Assembly: GCF_009914755.1 (NCBI RefSeq)
Contig: NC_060927.1
From: the human T2T-CHM13v2.0 reference genome, Homo sapiens
Length of the DNA: 64,000 bases
Strand: one strand, 5' to 3'
The notes under the pieces: model-generated
The model's database searches: none
The model's input: the letters and a program-made list of their open reading frames with translations, nothing else
What the model was told of the DNA's origin: nothing
In this document: piece after piece, positions 1 through 12,063 of the stretch
How positions within the stretch are numbered: position 1 is the first letter of the stretch
Layout: the number at the start of each line of letters is the position of its first letter
Translations under genes and position numbers: made by a program

Positions 1-215
1 GATGAAGAAAAACTGTGTGATATATGGGACACCATAAAATGACCACATATTCTAATTCTGGGCATCACAGAAGGAGAAGAGATGGGTGAAGGCAAAGAGA
101 AACTATTTTAAAAAATAATAGCTAACAAGTTCTCAAGTTTGGAAGAGATACACACATCCAGACACAAGAAGCTCAAAAATCCCCAAATAGATTCAATCCA
201 AAAAGGTTTTATCTA

Positions 216-531
<316 letters not shown>

Positions 532-546
532 TTAAACCGTCAAAGT

Positions 547-807
547 GACCTCTGGTCATCCTCACTGCTACACTCCTACCAGTGCCATGACAGTTTACAA
601 ATGCCATGGCAATGTCAGGAAGTTACCCTATATGGTCTAAAAAGGGGAGGCATGAATAATCCGCCCCTTGTTTAGTGTATCATCAAGAAATAATATGCCC
701 ATAAAAATGGGCAACCAACAGCCCTTGGGGGTTGCTCTGTCTATGGAATACCCATTATTTTATTCCTTTACTTTCTTAATAAACTTCCTTTCACTTTGAA
801 AAAAAAA
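547..807 (+). mobile_element. MER41A LTR 3' fragment ending in poly(A)
   Basis: gacctctggtcatcctcactgc...gacagtttacaaatgccatggcaa...ggtctaaaaaggggaggcatgaataat matches MER41; AATAAA at 778-783, then A9 at 799-807. Confidence 0.8.
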
Positions 808-3776
808 TCAAAGACAAAGAGAGAATTCTAGAAACAGCAAGGGAAAAGCATCAAGTCAAATATGAAAGAACCTCCAACAGACTAATAGCAGATTAATAGC
901 AGAAACCTTACAGGCCAGGAGAGAATGGGATAATAAATTCAAAGTTCTGAAAGAGGAAAAAAAAACCCGTTAATGAAGAATAATATACCTAGGAAATCTA
1001 ACCTTGAAAAATTAAAAATGAGTCTTTCCCAGACAAGCAAAAACTGAGGGAATTCATTACAATTAGACCAGTCCTACAAGAAATATTTAAGGGAGTTTTT
1101 TTTTTTCTACATCAGGAAGTGTAAGGAAAATTATCTGCCATCATAAAAATATAAAATAAAATAAAATTCATTTGTAGAGCAAATAAACTAGTAAGATTAA
1201 GGAATCAAAGGTTACTGAATGTTATATAAAATCAATGAACTGCAATGAGAAACAGTAAGAGAGGAAAAAAGGAACAAAAGACATACAAAATAACCAGAAA
1301 GCAATTAACAAAAGGATAGGAATAAGTCCTCACCTACCAATAATCGTCTTGAATATAAACAGACTAAATTCCCTACTTAAAAGATATAGATTAGCTGAAA
1401 GGATTTTTTTTAAGCAATAATATGCTGCCTACAAGAAACTCACTTCACTGGTAGACACATATGGACTGAAAGTGAAGAGATGGAAAAAGATATTCCATGC
1501 AAATGGAAACCAAAAACAAGCAGGAGATACTAGTATCAGATAAAACAAACTTTAAGTCAAAAACAGTAAAAAGAGACAAAGAAAGTCATTATATAATAAT
1601 AAAGAGATCAATTCATCAAGAAGATATAACAATTGTAAATATGTGTGTACTCAATACCAAAGCAGCCAGATATATAAAACAAATATTACTGGATATAAAG
1701 AGAGAAATAGAGTCCAATTTCAATTTTAGTTGGGTACTTCAATACTCCACTCTCAGCACTAGACAGAAAATCAACAAAGAAACACTGGATTTAAACTGCA
1801 CATTACACCAAATGGATCTAACAGACATTTACAGAACATTTCATCCAGCAGCTGCAGAATACACATTCTTCTCATTAGCATAGGAAACATTCTTTAGGAT
1901 AAACCATATGTTAGGCCACAAAATAAGTCTCAATTAAAAAAAAATCTAAATCCTATAAAGTATTTTTTCAGACCACATTAGAAAACAAAGGCCACCTGAA
2001 AACTATATAAATGAAAATTAAACATATTCCTGAATGACTACTGTATCAAAAAAGAAATTTTTAAAAATTGAAAAAATTATTGAAACAAATTAAAATGGAA
2101 ATATAACATACTAAATCCTATGCAATACAACAAAAGCAGTAAGAGGGAAGTTTATCACAATAAATGGCTATATCAAAGAAGTAGATTTCAAATAAACAAA
2201 CTTGTAACAATATAGCTCAAGGTACTAGAAAAACAAGAGCAAACCAAACTCAAAATTAGGAAAAGGAAATAAATAATACAAATTAGAGCAGAACTAAACA
2301 AAATAAAGACTTAAAAAAAAACACACACAAAGATTAGTGAAATGAAAAGTTGATTTTCAGAAAAGATAAATAAAATTAATGCACTATTAGCTCAACTAAC
2401 CAATACCAAAAAAGACCCAAATCAATAAAATCAAAATTAAAAAAAAGAGTCATTACAACTGATATCACAGAAATACGAAGAAACATTAGAGGATATGATG
2501 AACAAGTATATGCTAACAAATTGGAAAACCTAGAGCAAACAGATAAATTCCCAGACTCACACAACCTACCACAACTGAAGCAGGAATGAACAAACTAATA
2601 ACAAGAAGCAAGATTGAATTGGTAGTAAAAAGTCTTCCAGAAAAGAAAATCCTAGGACTTAACAGCTTTACCACTGAACTCTACCAAACTGTTAAATAAG
2701 AACTAACAAAAACTCTTTTCTATCTATTCCAAAAATTGAAGAGAAGGGAATTCTTTCTAACTCATTTTATGAGGCCAGCAGTATTCTGACACCAAAACCA
2801 GACAAGGGCACAACAACAACTACTACAACCCTCAAATTCTGCACATCAATATCCTTAATGAACACAGACACAAAAATCTTCAGGAAAATACTAGCAAACT
2901 GAATTCAACAACACTTCAAAAGATAATACACCAGGATCAAGTGGTATTTATCCTAGGGTTGCAAGATTTGTTCAACATACACAAATAAAGAAACATGATA
3001 CATTACATTAACAAAATGAAGAACAAAGCCAATGATTATCTCAATAGATGTAGAAAAATTCAACATCCCTTCATGATAAAACATCTCAACAAATTAGGCA
3101 CACAAGAAACATATCTCAAAATAATAAAGGTCATATATGACTAACTAACAGCTAATATCACGCTGAATGGGGAAAAGCTGGAAGCCTTTTCTCTAAGAAC
3201 TAGAATAAGAAAAGGATGCCCACTCTTACCACTCTTACTCAGCATGGTACTGGAAGTCCTAGCCAGAGCAATCAGTCAAGATAAAGAAATAAAAGGCATT
3301 CAGATTGGAAAAGAAGTCAAATTGTCCTTCTTCGCAGATGACATAATATTACATATTAAAAACAAAACCTAAATATTCCACCCCAATCTCTTAGAACTGA
3401 CAAAAGAATTCAGCTAACTTGCAGGATACAAAAATCAACATACAGAAATCAATAGCTTTTCTATGTATCAATAATGAACTAGCCAAAACAGATATCAAGA
3501 CCACAATTTCATTTACAATAGCTGCAAAAAAAGCATAATTCCTGTGAATAAATTTAATCAGGAGGTAAAAGACCTCTACAAGGAAAGCAGCAAAACACTC
3601 ATGAAAGAAATTAAAGAGGACACTAACAGATGGAAAGACATCTTATGCTCATGGATTGGTAGAATTATTATTTTTAAGAAAGACCATAGTACCAAAGGTA
3701 TTCTCTATACTCAATGCAATCTTTTTCAAAATATCAATAATGTTTTTTACAGAAATGAAAAAAATACCTAAAATTT

Positions 3777-4087
3777 GGCCAGGTACAGTAGCTCACCCCT
3801 GTAATGTCAGCACTTTTGGAGGCCAAGGTGAGTGGATCACTTGAGGCCAGGTGTTCGAGACCAGCTGGGCCAACATGATGAAACCATGTCTCTACTAAAA
3901 ATACAAAAATTAGCCAGGTATGGTGGCAGGCACCTGTAATCTCAGCTACTCAGGAGGCTGAGGTGGGAGAATTGCTTGAACCTAGGGGGCAGAGGCTGCA
4001 GTGAGCCAAGATTGCACCACTGCACTCCAGCCTGGGCAACAAAGCAAGACTCCATCCCGCCACCAAAAAAAAAGAAAGAAAAAAAAA
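3777..4087 (+). mobile_element. AluS (Sx/Sz-like)
   Basis: Full dimer, A-rich tail, cctaaaatt repeated on both flanks as TSD. Confidence 0.9.
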
Positions 4088-4749
4088 TCCTAAAATTCAA
4101 ATAGAACCACAAAAGACCCCAAATAGTCAAAGCAATCCTGAGTAAAAAAAACAAAGCTGGAGGCATCATACTATCTGACTTTAAAATATACTATAAAGTT
4201 ATAGTAACTAAAACAGTACAGTATGGTGTTGATATAAAAACCATATAACCATTGGAACAGAATATATAACCAAAGGAACAGAACCAATGACACATAAACC
4301 AATGGAACAGAAGAGAACCCAGAAATAAATCCACATATTTATAGCCAACTGACTTTTGACAAAGGCACTAAGAATACATGTTGGGGATAGGATACCGTCT
4401 TCCATAAATGGTACTGGGAAAGCTGGACATCCATAGGCAGAAGACCCCTATCTCTCAGCATATTCAAAAAATGACTCAAATTTAAATACTTAAATATAAG
4501 ACTCAATGCTATAAAATTAGAAAGAAAACATAGGGGAAATGCTGCAGGACATTGGTCTAAACAAAAGTATGGCCTAGACTTCAAAAGCACAAGCAACAAA
4601 AACAAAAATAGACAAATGAGATTATATTAAACTAAAAAGCTTTTGCACAGCAAGAGAAACAATCAACGGAGTAAAGAGACAACCTGTGGAATAGGAGAAA
4701 GTGTTTGCAAATTATTCATCTGACAAAAGGCTAATATTCAGAATACAAG

Positions 4750-5218
4750 CTGGGAGCTCCTTAGGGCAAACCTGCCTCCCATTCTATTCCTAGAAATGAT
4801 AGCTGTAAAGATAAAAATGTTACATACCTCCCTCACAAGGAATTTCCTTGTGGACAAAGGACAGACAGAACTCAAAGTCATCCTTCTGCTCACTGAGATA
4901 AATGCATATCTCCTCCTTTGGAAAGGCTTATCAGAAACTCAAAAGAATGCAACCTTTTGTCCTTATCTACCTATTACCTGGAAGTCCCTTCACTGCTTTA
5001 AATTGTCCCACCTTTCAGGACTGAACAAATGTACATCTCACATATATTGATTGATGTCTCATGTCTCCCTAAAATGTGTAAAACCAAGCTGTGCCCTGAC
5101 CACTTTGGGCACACGTCATCAGGACTTCCTGAGACTTTTCACAGATGGGTGTCCTTAGCTTTGGCAAAATAAACTTCCTAAATTGACTGAGACCTGCCTT
5201 AGATATTTGGGGTTAATA
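4750..5218 (+). mobile_element. MER4-group (ERV1) solo LTR, 5' end missing
   Basis: ctccctaaaatgtgtaaaaccaagctgtgccctgaccac...ggcaaaataaacttcctaaattgactgagacc is typical of MER4 LTRs; it interrupts L1 ORF2 and is flanked by caag/caag. Confidence 0.8.
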
Positions 5219-5239
5219 CAAGGAACTCAAACCACTCAG

Positions 5240-5276
<37 letters not shown>

Positions 5277-7249
5277 GAAAAGCAGATAATTCCATTAAAA
5301 AGTGGGCAAAGAATATGAATAGACATTTCTCAAAAGAAGACATACAAATGGCCCACAGGTACATGAAAAAATGTTCAACATCACTATACACCACAGAAAT
5401 ACAAATTAAAACCACAATGAGATAGCATCTTATCCTAGTTAGAATGGCTATTATTAAAAAGATGAAAAAAATAAGAAATTCTGAAAAGGATGTAGATTAA
5501 AGGGGACTCCTATACACTGTCAGTGGAAATATAAATTAACACAGTCATTATGGAAAACAGTGTGGAGTTTTCTCAAAAAACTAAAAATAGAATAAGGGAG
5601 ATCTATTGTTCAGTAGTGTCGCAGGGTAACTATTGTTAACAACAATATATTATATATTTTTAAATAGCTATAAGAAAAGATTCGAAATATTTTCAACACA
5701 AATAAATGTTAGAGGTGATAGATATCCTAAATACCCTGATTTGACCATTGCACAATTACACACGTATCAAAATAGCACATGTATCCCATAAGTATGTATA
5801 ATTATTATATATCAATAAGAATTAAAATGAAATATTCACACCTCATTATATTCTCACACCTCATTATACCCACTTGAGGAACTGTCCTCTTTAAGCTTCC
5901 CTTTGAAAATAAAACATAGTAAAGGAAGGATCCATTACACAACCTTTAGAACCCTAAGTGTGAAATACTAAGTGATATTATTTTACTGAAAATCCTCATG
6001 TCTTTGTTCTAATAGGCATTTGTAGAAATGTGAATGAGCTTTAGAGTACTTAAAAGGAACAGGAAAATATAGGTACTAAAGGTCATTATTTTTGAGTCTG
6101 TCTTCATCTCTAAGCACTATTCACAGATATTTAAAGTTCTGAAAGCTTTCTTCTTCCCTCTTTCTCTCTCTCTCTCACTCTTGAATGTGTCTTTTTGAGC
6201 TTTGACTATAAATGTAAAAAGAAAGAATAGCAGCTTTTGTGTATTTAAATACAGTCCAGGGTAGTCAGTCACCTCCTGGTTCTAATTTCATATGATGATC
6301 TGGGCTTAGATCACTCTTCAACCTTTAGATAAGTTTTTAAAAACAGAGGCAAAATGAACACATTTTAGATAAACCTATGCAGAGTTTTAATTTTTGAGAA
6401 GAGGAGGGAAAGGAACTTAACTACTTAGTGTATCTGTGGTAAGACAAACTGTCATCCTTGTTGATCTCCATTACAAAAAAGTCAATTGCAAATGGTTTTG
6501 TATTTCCTAGTTGGACAAAAATCTGGGTCTGTGTTTCTACATGTTTTTCAAGTAATAAAAAGCTTGTAAAATTAGAAATGTTCATGACACACTATTTCAA
6601 ATTTATAACTCTGGGAAAATACAGGTGTTTCCAGAAATGATTTTGAAGTGATCTTTTATGATTATATACAAATGATTTGGAATAATTATCTCTTTTTGAT
6701 TACAGTAATAAATGAAGAACAGGAAAAGATAGGAAAGATAAAAAGTCGGATCACAGATGGAAAATGGACAATAAAGTATCAAAAAGTTCATTACAGAAAG
6801 AAGAGAGTTAAGTAGGAATAAATTGGAAAAGAAAATAGAAGAGACATTAAGAAATAATGCCTTTATTTTTGGCAATACAGCATATTACATTTGCTGAGAA
6901 GCTTTTTTTTGTGAAAACAATAAAAATTGGATAAAATATAATAAACATCTCTTGAAATATATAAATGAGCTTATAAAGAATAAAACCAAAAACTAAAAGG
7001 GAACACAGGGACCAAAAAAGAGTGATAAGTAGAAACTGATACAAAACCAACAGAGAGACATCAGAAACCAAGAGAACTGTGTTTTATAAGTCATTTAAGG
7101 TTTGGTAAGAAGTCCTGAGTTTGTGAGGAAAAAAAAAGTCATTTAATATAGACATCAAGGCCTTAGACCTAGGGAAGGTATGAAACTGGTGATGTTGTCA
7201 ATTTGATATAGCATTAGACTCAATATCAGTTTTTCAAAACTCTCACTTA

Positions 7250-8330
7250 TTAATATTTTTGAAAAGGCAAACTGTTCATATGTTTCAAAAAAATCTACAC
7301 CAAAAAGTATTCTTAGAGAAGTTTCAATCTCATCCATACACCTTCTACTCCATTTTCATCCATACCTATTAATAACCATTGTCCTTAGTGTTTGGTTCAT
7401 CTCCCCTGTATTTTCTTTTGTAAAAATAAGCAATGCTCTACTAAATCTTAATTTTTTTAAATCAACATTATATCCTGGAAATCAATTCATAAGTGTTCAT
7501 AAAGATCTCATACATTCTTTTTAACATTGGAATAACAGTCTTGCGTAAGTCTACCATACCATTCAAATCAGACTTTTATGGATATTTATTTAGTTTGTTT
7601 TCCAAATTTGCAATTTCTAATAACTTTGGATGAATAACCTTGTGTATAAGTTGTTTAGTATGTGTGGAGGTATATCCTCAGGGCATGTGGCTATAAATGG
7701 CATTCATTGCTGGCTTCATGGGAAATGGTTATGTAATTTTGAAAAATATTGCCAAATTCCTCCTGAGAGGGGTTCTGCAGGCCTATGAGCCATGTATGAA
7801 AGTAGGGATTTCGTCACAGTTTTGTCGGTAGAGTGTGCTGCCTATCTTTTCAATCCTTGCTAATCTGATAAGTGAGAAATGATAATTCAGTATAGTTTTA
7901 GTTTACATTTTTAAAAATTATGTTAATAATCATCACTTGTATAAGAGCCATTTTTGTGTTTTATCTGAACTGCCTATTGATACGATATATATATTATTTT
8001 TTCCTAGTTTTTAATTTTTTATATAATTTATATAGTTTTCTTTTTGTTAATACAAAAGCTTTCTTTTTATAATTCGTATGTAGTAAAATTTATCAATCTT
8101 TTCTTTATCACCTCTGAATTTTGAATTTTGTTCATGCTTTCTCATACCTATGTACAAATGAGTTGAGCCATCTTTTATTCTAGAACTTGTATAGTTTCTT
8201 TCTTTATATTTGGATCTCTGATGCACGTGAACTTTATTTTTCCAGAGTTTGATGAGAAGTAGAATCCAATTTTACTTTTTACATGATGATTTAGTTGACC
8301 CTTTATTATTATTTTTTAAACCATCTTTAT
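7250..8330 (-). mobile_element. Ancient L1 (L1ME/MC-type) 3' portion
   Basis: Degenerate antisense L1 ORF2 end/3' UTR motifs (ttccaaatttgcaatt..., attgccaaattcctcc, gagaaatgataattcagtatagttttagtttac). Confidence 0.6.
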
Positions 8331-8550
8331 TTAGATGGGTGTTGGAACCGAAGCTCCTCATAAAATTCAGAACTTCTAAGTGCTACACTTTCAAAATAAG
8401 GTAGACTAGGAAAATATACACTTGTCATCAAAGGGAGATGACAAGGAAATATGCTTTTACTGGCTAGGGTTTTGTGAAAAATACTTAATAGAACAAAAGG
8501 CAAAGTTCAACAGATTTAAAGAATCACTTTCATACAGGCCATGATTTTCA

Positions 8551-8844
8551 TTTTTTTTTTTGAGGCGGAGTCTCGCTGTTGCCCAGGTTGGAGTGCAGTG
8601 GCGCGATCTCGGCTCACTGCAGGCTCCGCCCCCCGGAGTTCACAACATTCTCCTGCCTCAGCCTCCCGAGTAGTAGCTGGGACTACAGGCGCCCGCCACC
8701 TCTCCCTGCTAATTTTTTGTATTTTTAGTAGAGACGGGGTTTCACCGTGTTAGCCAGCATGGTCTCGATCTCCTGACCTCGTGATCCGCCCACCACGGCC
8801 TCCCAAAGTGCTGGGATTACAGGCGTGAGCCACCGCGCCCAGCC
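8551..8844 (-). mobile_element. AluY (AluYe-like)
   Basis: poly(T), CpG-rich; gtctcgctgttgccc, gcaggctccgccccccgg and gccacctc resemble AluYe diagnostics; TSD caggccatgattttc (8535-8549) / cgggccacgcttttc (8845-8859). Confidence 0.9.
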
Positions 8845-9219
8845 CGGGCCACGCTTTTCTAACCACAATGCAATCAAGTTGGGAAGCCATAACAAAACAC
8901 AACTGAAAACTGAAAAACCGTGTGAATATTTTTACACACACTTTGAGTAACAAGGATTAAAATAGAGAAATGTATAGAACCAAACAATTATAAAAATACT
9001 GCAAGTCAAGACAAATGGTAATTAGCTAAATCAAAGCATATGAAGAATTGTAAATGTTGCTTTTAGGAAAGAAGAATATCTGAAAATTAATGAGAGGCAT
9101 GTCTAACATAGGAAGGCAGATTAAAACCACAGAATAAATCAAAAGAATATGGAAGGAAGAAAATTAAAAAACAAAACAACAGGAATCAAAGAACCAGAAA
9201 CATTACAAAGTCATACAAG

Positions 9220-9530
9220 TCCTAGTGTTGGGTAACAAGGGAGGAACTATACACAGGATAAGGGCCAGCTTGGTCAAACCACTTTAGAGAGCACATTGTA
9301 ATATCTAATTTATTTAAAAACACACATATCCTCAAACCTAGCAATATCCAGTAATCCTATTTTTAGGTATACAGCCTATTAAAATTTTGTGTAAAAAATG
9401 TGATTCCAGTAATGTTTGAAACAGAGAAAAATTGTAATGAATATCCATATCCATCAACAGGAGAATAAATAAATTGTGGTATAGCTATACTATGGAATAT
9501 TATATATTATAAATAATTTTTAAAAAATAG
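9220..9530 (+). mobile_element. Ancient L1 3' fragment
   Basis: aaaccactttagagagc...atccatcaacaggagaataaataaattgtggtatag...tatggaatatta resembles the L1M ORF2 end. Confidence 0.5.
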
Positions 9531-9534
9531 ATTT

Positions 9535-9868
<334 letters not shown>

Positions 9869-11859
9869 TCAAATATGACATTTAGAAAATTTAAAATATG
9901 CAAGTTGAATATTAAATTATGAAATTTATAAATACCAAAATGTGGATAGTAGTCACTTCTGGTTGATAAAGAGAGAATTTTAAATTGATAGTCAAGGGTC
10001 ATCAGCAGCATTTGTAATGTTTTATTTCTTAAGAGTAGTTATATAGATTTGTGTTATAAGCCTTTAGTTCATAAAAATACAAAATTTTTAAAATTACAAA
10101 ACAAAATAAAAGAAATAAAATATGAAAAAAATGATAAGAATAGAAACAGTAGGAAGGCCATAAAAAGGGCATAAAGGAAATTGAGGAAAACAGGTAAACA
10201 CAGTCACTTCTGAACTGTTATCAAAATCCCACAATTAAGCTAATCATCTGCCTGACAGTATTTGACCTAAGTAGCCTATTAAAGGAAGAAAAAAAAATCT
10301 ACAAGATTCCAAGATGAGAAGATTTCATTTAATAAAAATATGAAAAAAGCATATGTTTTAAAAAGCAGCTTGGATGACGAAACAGGATGAGCATGAAAGG
10401 CAGAAGCATAAAACGTGGAATGATCAGGAGCCATTTTAGTACTTGTTGCTATAAACACCGATGTCACAAGACTTGGAATACTTAGGAAATTTACTAAAGT
10501 GGGGCAAATCAAAATTCACAAGTGTTCTATACACATAATTCATTAACAGAATCATTTCTGCCTTATCAAGAAACAAATATTATCTCCAGGATGAATTATT
10601 TACTCCCAATACCAGTTCGCCTCTAAATGTTGGAGTTTATTCAGGACAAAAAGATAAATCAAGAGACACCTATTGAGTTTCCTCTATCTAGGCTCAGACT
10701 TGCAACCTTTTCAGTCTAGAGACTGCAAGTCCAATATGACACAGTTGAGATAACTACATTTAAAGCCTAGAAATCCAGTCTAAGACTCTTCTGATTGTCT
10801 CTGAATGGACATGAGGTTCCAATGGACCTAATACTACAAAAACAGTCTAGGGCCAAAATGGATCCCAGACTCACCTCGCTCAGAGCCAGAAGAGAACCAG
10901 GTGAACTTTTTCCAGATGTATCACTATCTCCTCATAAGAATTTAACAATTTCTGAGCTTCTGTATGAATAATTATTTTGACAGATGGTGCTTTGGGTTGT
11001 TTATATTTTGAACAGGGAAATTAATGTAAGGACAGCTATTTCAATAAATTATGTCTGCAATTTTTTCTTTCCCTTTTTCCTCCCATCCTCCCACCACTCA
11101 CCCTCATTGAAAATATCATCTACTCAGAACCAAAGATACATGAATACATGAAATAAAATCCTGGATAGACTATTTCAATGGATCATAATTGAAAAGGTTT
11201 TATTGCCAATATAACTCATTAAAGACATGATACATGGATTTCTACAAAATTCGTTAATGAATCATCCCCAAATTGTTTCCAGAAGCATAATAATTTCTTA
11301 GAGTTTGATTTATTTTTGTATATAACTACAGTAATTTATGAGAAAATTCCACTGTTTATTGTTTCTAAAATATGTATACGTAAGCAAAAAAGCCACCAAT
11401 GAGAGAAATTTATGGAAATAAATACAAACTATGGATAGATGGTTATTTTAAAATATCTAAAATATTGAAGAGCAGTATTCTTATTTTAGAAAAAAAAGAT
11501 CATGCTTATTTTCCATCAGAGCTTTATCTTTGCTTCAAAATATATCTATCATTAAAATAGTGGTAAACTGTCCCAAGAGTGAACCCAATACTGGGTTATT
11601 ATTCATTTCTTCACACTGATGAGTTTGGCAGATTAAGCTCAAGGCAAGAAGAGAACAACTCTTACTATCATGATATTTAATGGACACATGGAAAAGAGAA
11701 ACATAGTAATACAGTTTGATATTCCTTAGAAATTTTTCATTTTGATGCATAAAATAAGGTTGTGGATTATCTGAAGAAAATTTTGTAATCTAAATAATAG
11801 TAAATTAGGAAAGTTGTATTAATAAGTATGGTTATAAATATCTAATGATATAATAAAAG

Positions 11860-12063
11860 CTATAATTTATGTAACAATCATTTAATATTTACAATACTTT
11901 GAGGAAGGTGGGAAATTATTATTATCCCATTTAAGTTACTGAGATACATAGTGAAATTGTATCTTACCTAAGATCACATTTTTGGTAAGCTGCAGGGCTG
12001 AAATTCCAATGGATATCTATCTAACTGTAAAGACTGTAATCATGCTACTATTCTACATACTGC
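11860..12063 (-). mobile_element. MIR
   Basis: Antisense MIR core: attatcccattt..actgagatac..cttacctaagatcac. Confidence 0.6.

Larger units (their letters stand above)
1310..5590 (+). pseudogene. ORF2: L1 ORF2 (endonuclease/reverse transcriptase) relic
   Basis: Recognisable ORF2 peptide fragments in several frames; not continuous. Confidence 0.85.

Noticed and set aside
1497-1883. 128-aa ORF as a host gene
   Set aside because: L1 endonuclease remnant.
10869-10877. Consensus splice donors (minus strand GAG|GTGAGT here; plus strand CAG|GTGAGT near 60281)
   Set aside because: Isolated 9-mers with no convincing paired acceptor; expected by chance in 64 kb.
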